In this document: in pieces, positions 61,835-64,000 of the stretch
How positions within the stretch are numbered: the stretch's first letter is position 1
How the letters are laid out: each line of letters begins with the position of its first letter
DNA from: Felis catus
Lineage: Eukaryota
Assembly: GCF_018350175.1 (NCBI RefSeq)
Contig: NC_058369.1
Location: 5,520,001-5,584,000 of the forward strand
Length of the DNA stretch: 64,000 nucleotides
Direction: 5' to 3'
The notes under the pieces: generated by a model
The model's input: only the letters and a program-made list of their open reading frames with translations
The model's database searches: none
What the model was told of the DNA's origin: nothing
Translations under genes and position numbers: made by a program

Positions 61835-63875
61835 CTAGACACGGAGATAAGGCACATGAGCAAGCTGCCTGCCTATGCCTGCTTCACTACCCACTGGATC
61901 ACGAGCTGGGTTGCCCGTCTCCTGCCACTCGGCAAACTCCTACTCATCCTTCAACGCCCAGCTCCGAACTCCTTTCCTTCGTAAAGCCTTCCCGGATTCC
62001 CAGAGGTGTGGCGATGTGCTCCCTCCCCGGGGTTCCTGTGGCACGTTTTTAGCCCCAAGGTGAGCCCTCTTACTCCTACGCATCCAGCCTCCTTCTCCTG
62101 CCAATACTCTCCTAATTGTCCGAAGCAACCAACCCACTCTCGGCTCTTGGTCCTCCGGGACTGGAACAGAGCTGACAACAGCCCCGATGACCTCAGGCCT
62201 CACCAGTTAGAACACCACACACCCCTGGTCGTTGGGACTGATTCAGGGAACGGCATGTGTGATGCAATCAGAGTCACTGGGGATTAATTCCTGAAATTCT
62301 TTTTTCTTTTTCTTTTTTTTTTTTTTTTGTCGCCCCTAAACTCCCAGCTATAGACAGCCAGGCTGATGTAAGTCTGGAGCGGCTGGCAGCAGTCTGGTCT
62401 CCACGTGGAGTCTGTGAATGATGCCAAACAGAGGAAAGCTGAGCCGGGTAACAGGAAAGACCCTGCTCTCTCAAAGACACCATCAGAGGCTCTGGATCGA
62501 GCCACACCTGAAGACCATGCTACCTGAGAAACCTGTGTGTCCAGGGAGAGTGGTTCCCCTGCTCCCGTGTCCTGGGCTCAGAAGACAGACACATGTCCTG
62601 GGCTCAGAAGACACCACTTCAGGGAAGTCTCAGCGCCAGCCTGGTCTCTGGGGATACTGGGGCCTTCCTGGGGCAGCTCAGGACCGGGGGTGTGGCCTTG
62701 GTGGGCGCAGAGGTTGTCCAGCACATGAGTCATTGTTTTCCAGACATTTCTGCCGAGAGACAGGACTGCAGGAACACACGAAGGAGGCGGAGCAGGGAGG
62801 CTGTTTTCCAGAGAACACCAGTTTCCCCTCAGAAACTGTTTTTTATCCTTTGCTCGGTGCTCCTGCTGGGGGGGCAGAGCCTGGCTGCCTTGAAGCCGAA
62901 ACCCCGAGCGGACCCTCATGGCTACTTTCTCATCAATCCTGTGCCCGGCAGCTGCCTTCCCCGACGATGTCAAAAGGCCGTGCCCGGCTCCACCCTGACC
63001 CCACACTCCCCTTGCCCAGAGTTAACAGGAAAAGGAATCCCTGCTCCGGAAAAACCAACTCCAGGAAGTGGAAGGGACGAGAACCTTGAGGAAGAGAGCC
63101 ACGTCAGTTGGGGGAGGGGGGGCCTGTCCCGGGGAACCCTATTTTGGAAGAGCCAGTTTGGAGGAGACAACACAAAATGAAACCTGCTTTATCACAGAGG
63201 GCTTATTACGGACTGTGAGGTATTCCAAGCACAGCACGTGGGCCAATCTGCTAGTCTCGTGGGGAGCCTGTGAGGACGGTGCTGGTTTTGCCCTCCTTTC
63301 ACAGATGGGGAAACTGAGGCACCGCGGGGTGACCCCGCTTGTGGGAACTCACACAGCTAGCAGCCCGTGAAGCGGGGGTTTTTCAGGAATTAATTCCCAG
63401 GACGTCCTGGACCTGTTTGAGCTCCAGGGCCCGTGCACCCTGAGCGGCTACACTGCCTGTTCCAGATGGCAGGGCGAGAGAAATGGGCCTTGCTCATGAA
63501 GCCCTGGCGGGAAAGGAACACATATGACACAGATGACAAGGGAACGGACTGGGGGAGTGGCGGGGGGGGGGGCCTCAGTGGGGCTGCCCAGAGCACATGC
63601 CAAGAGCCAGAGAAGGGAGAGAATGAGCAGGGAAGCAGGCAGAAGCCATGCGGAAGAGACGGCAGGGGATGGCTAGGAGGAAGGGCTGGGGAAATGCTCT
63701 GGGAAGCTTCGAGAAGGGCCTGGGCTTGCTCACAGACTGGTGGGCAGAGGGCCAAAGGCTCAGGATGATAAAAGCCCTTTAGACAAACAGCAGCCTCCTC
63801 TCTGGGAAGGTGGCTGTGCCCTGGTCTTCGGCCCGGACGGGCTTGGGCTGAGCTGTATCAAACATCAAAGGGGAG

Positions 63876-64000
63876 GGGGTGCCTGGCTGGCTCAGTTGGT
63901 GGAGCATGCGTGCAACTCTTGATCTCAGGGTCGTCAGTTCGAGCCCCATGCTGGGTGTGGAGATGACTTAAAAAAAAAAAAAAAAAAAGCAAAAAACAAA
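63876..64000 (+). mobile_element. Short older Can-SINE
   Basis: ggggtgcctggctggctcagttggt head and A tail. Confidence 0.8.

Noticed and set aside
57447..63768. Long + strand ORFs antisense to MARCHF2
   Set aside because: No homology recognised, and they are explained by GC content and antisense overlap.
21190..63990. tRNA-like A/B boxes and recurring MAQSVKR... ORFs
   Set aside because: Heads and bodies of Can-SINEs, not tRNA or protein genes.

Overview
Mammalian genomic DNA, very likely a felid judging by the SINEC_Fc-type Can-SINEs. It carries the conserved block ZNF414-PRAM1-HNRNPM-MARCHF2 (human 19p13.2 order, reversed). It contains the last three coding exons of ZNF414 (+), all of PRAM1 (+, 678 aa as spliced here), all of HNRNPM (-, 16 coding exons summing to 2193 nt = 730 aa plus stop) and the last three coding exons of MARCHF2 (-). 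Exon boundaries were read by hand from GT/AG sites and phase continuity. Most ORF-track entries are spurious. The best leads are: (1) a 99-nt, in-frame, hnRNP-M-like cassette exon hidden in HNRNPM intron 12; (2) a candidate poison exon in the same intron; (3) a TAG stop 1 nt before the last PRAM1 splice donor, leaving an intact but untranslated last coding exon; (4) a recent 186-bp coding triplication in PRAM1 exon 2; (5) a triplicated PRAM1 splice donor. I found no prokaryote-type system such as CRISPR. Orthologue comparisons are from memory and were not searched.
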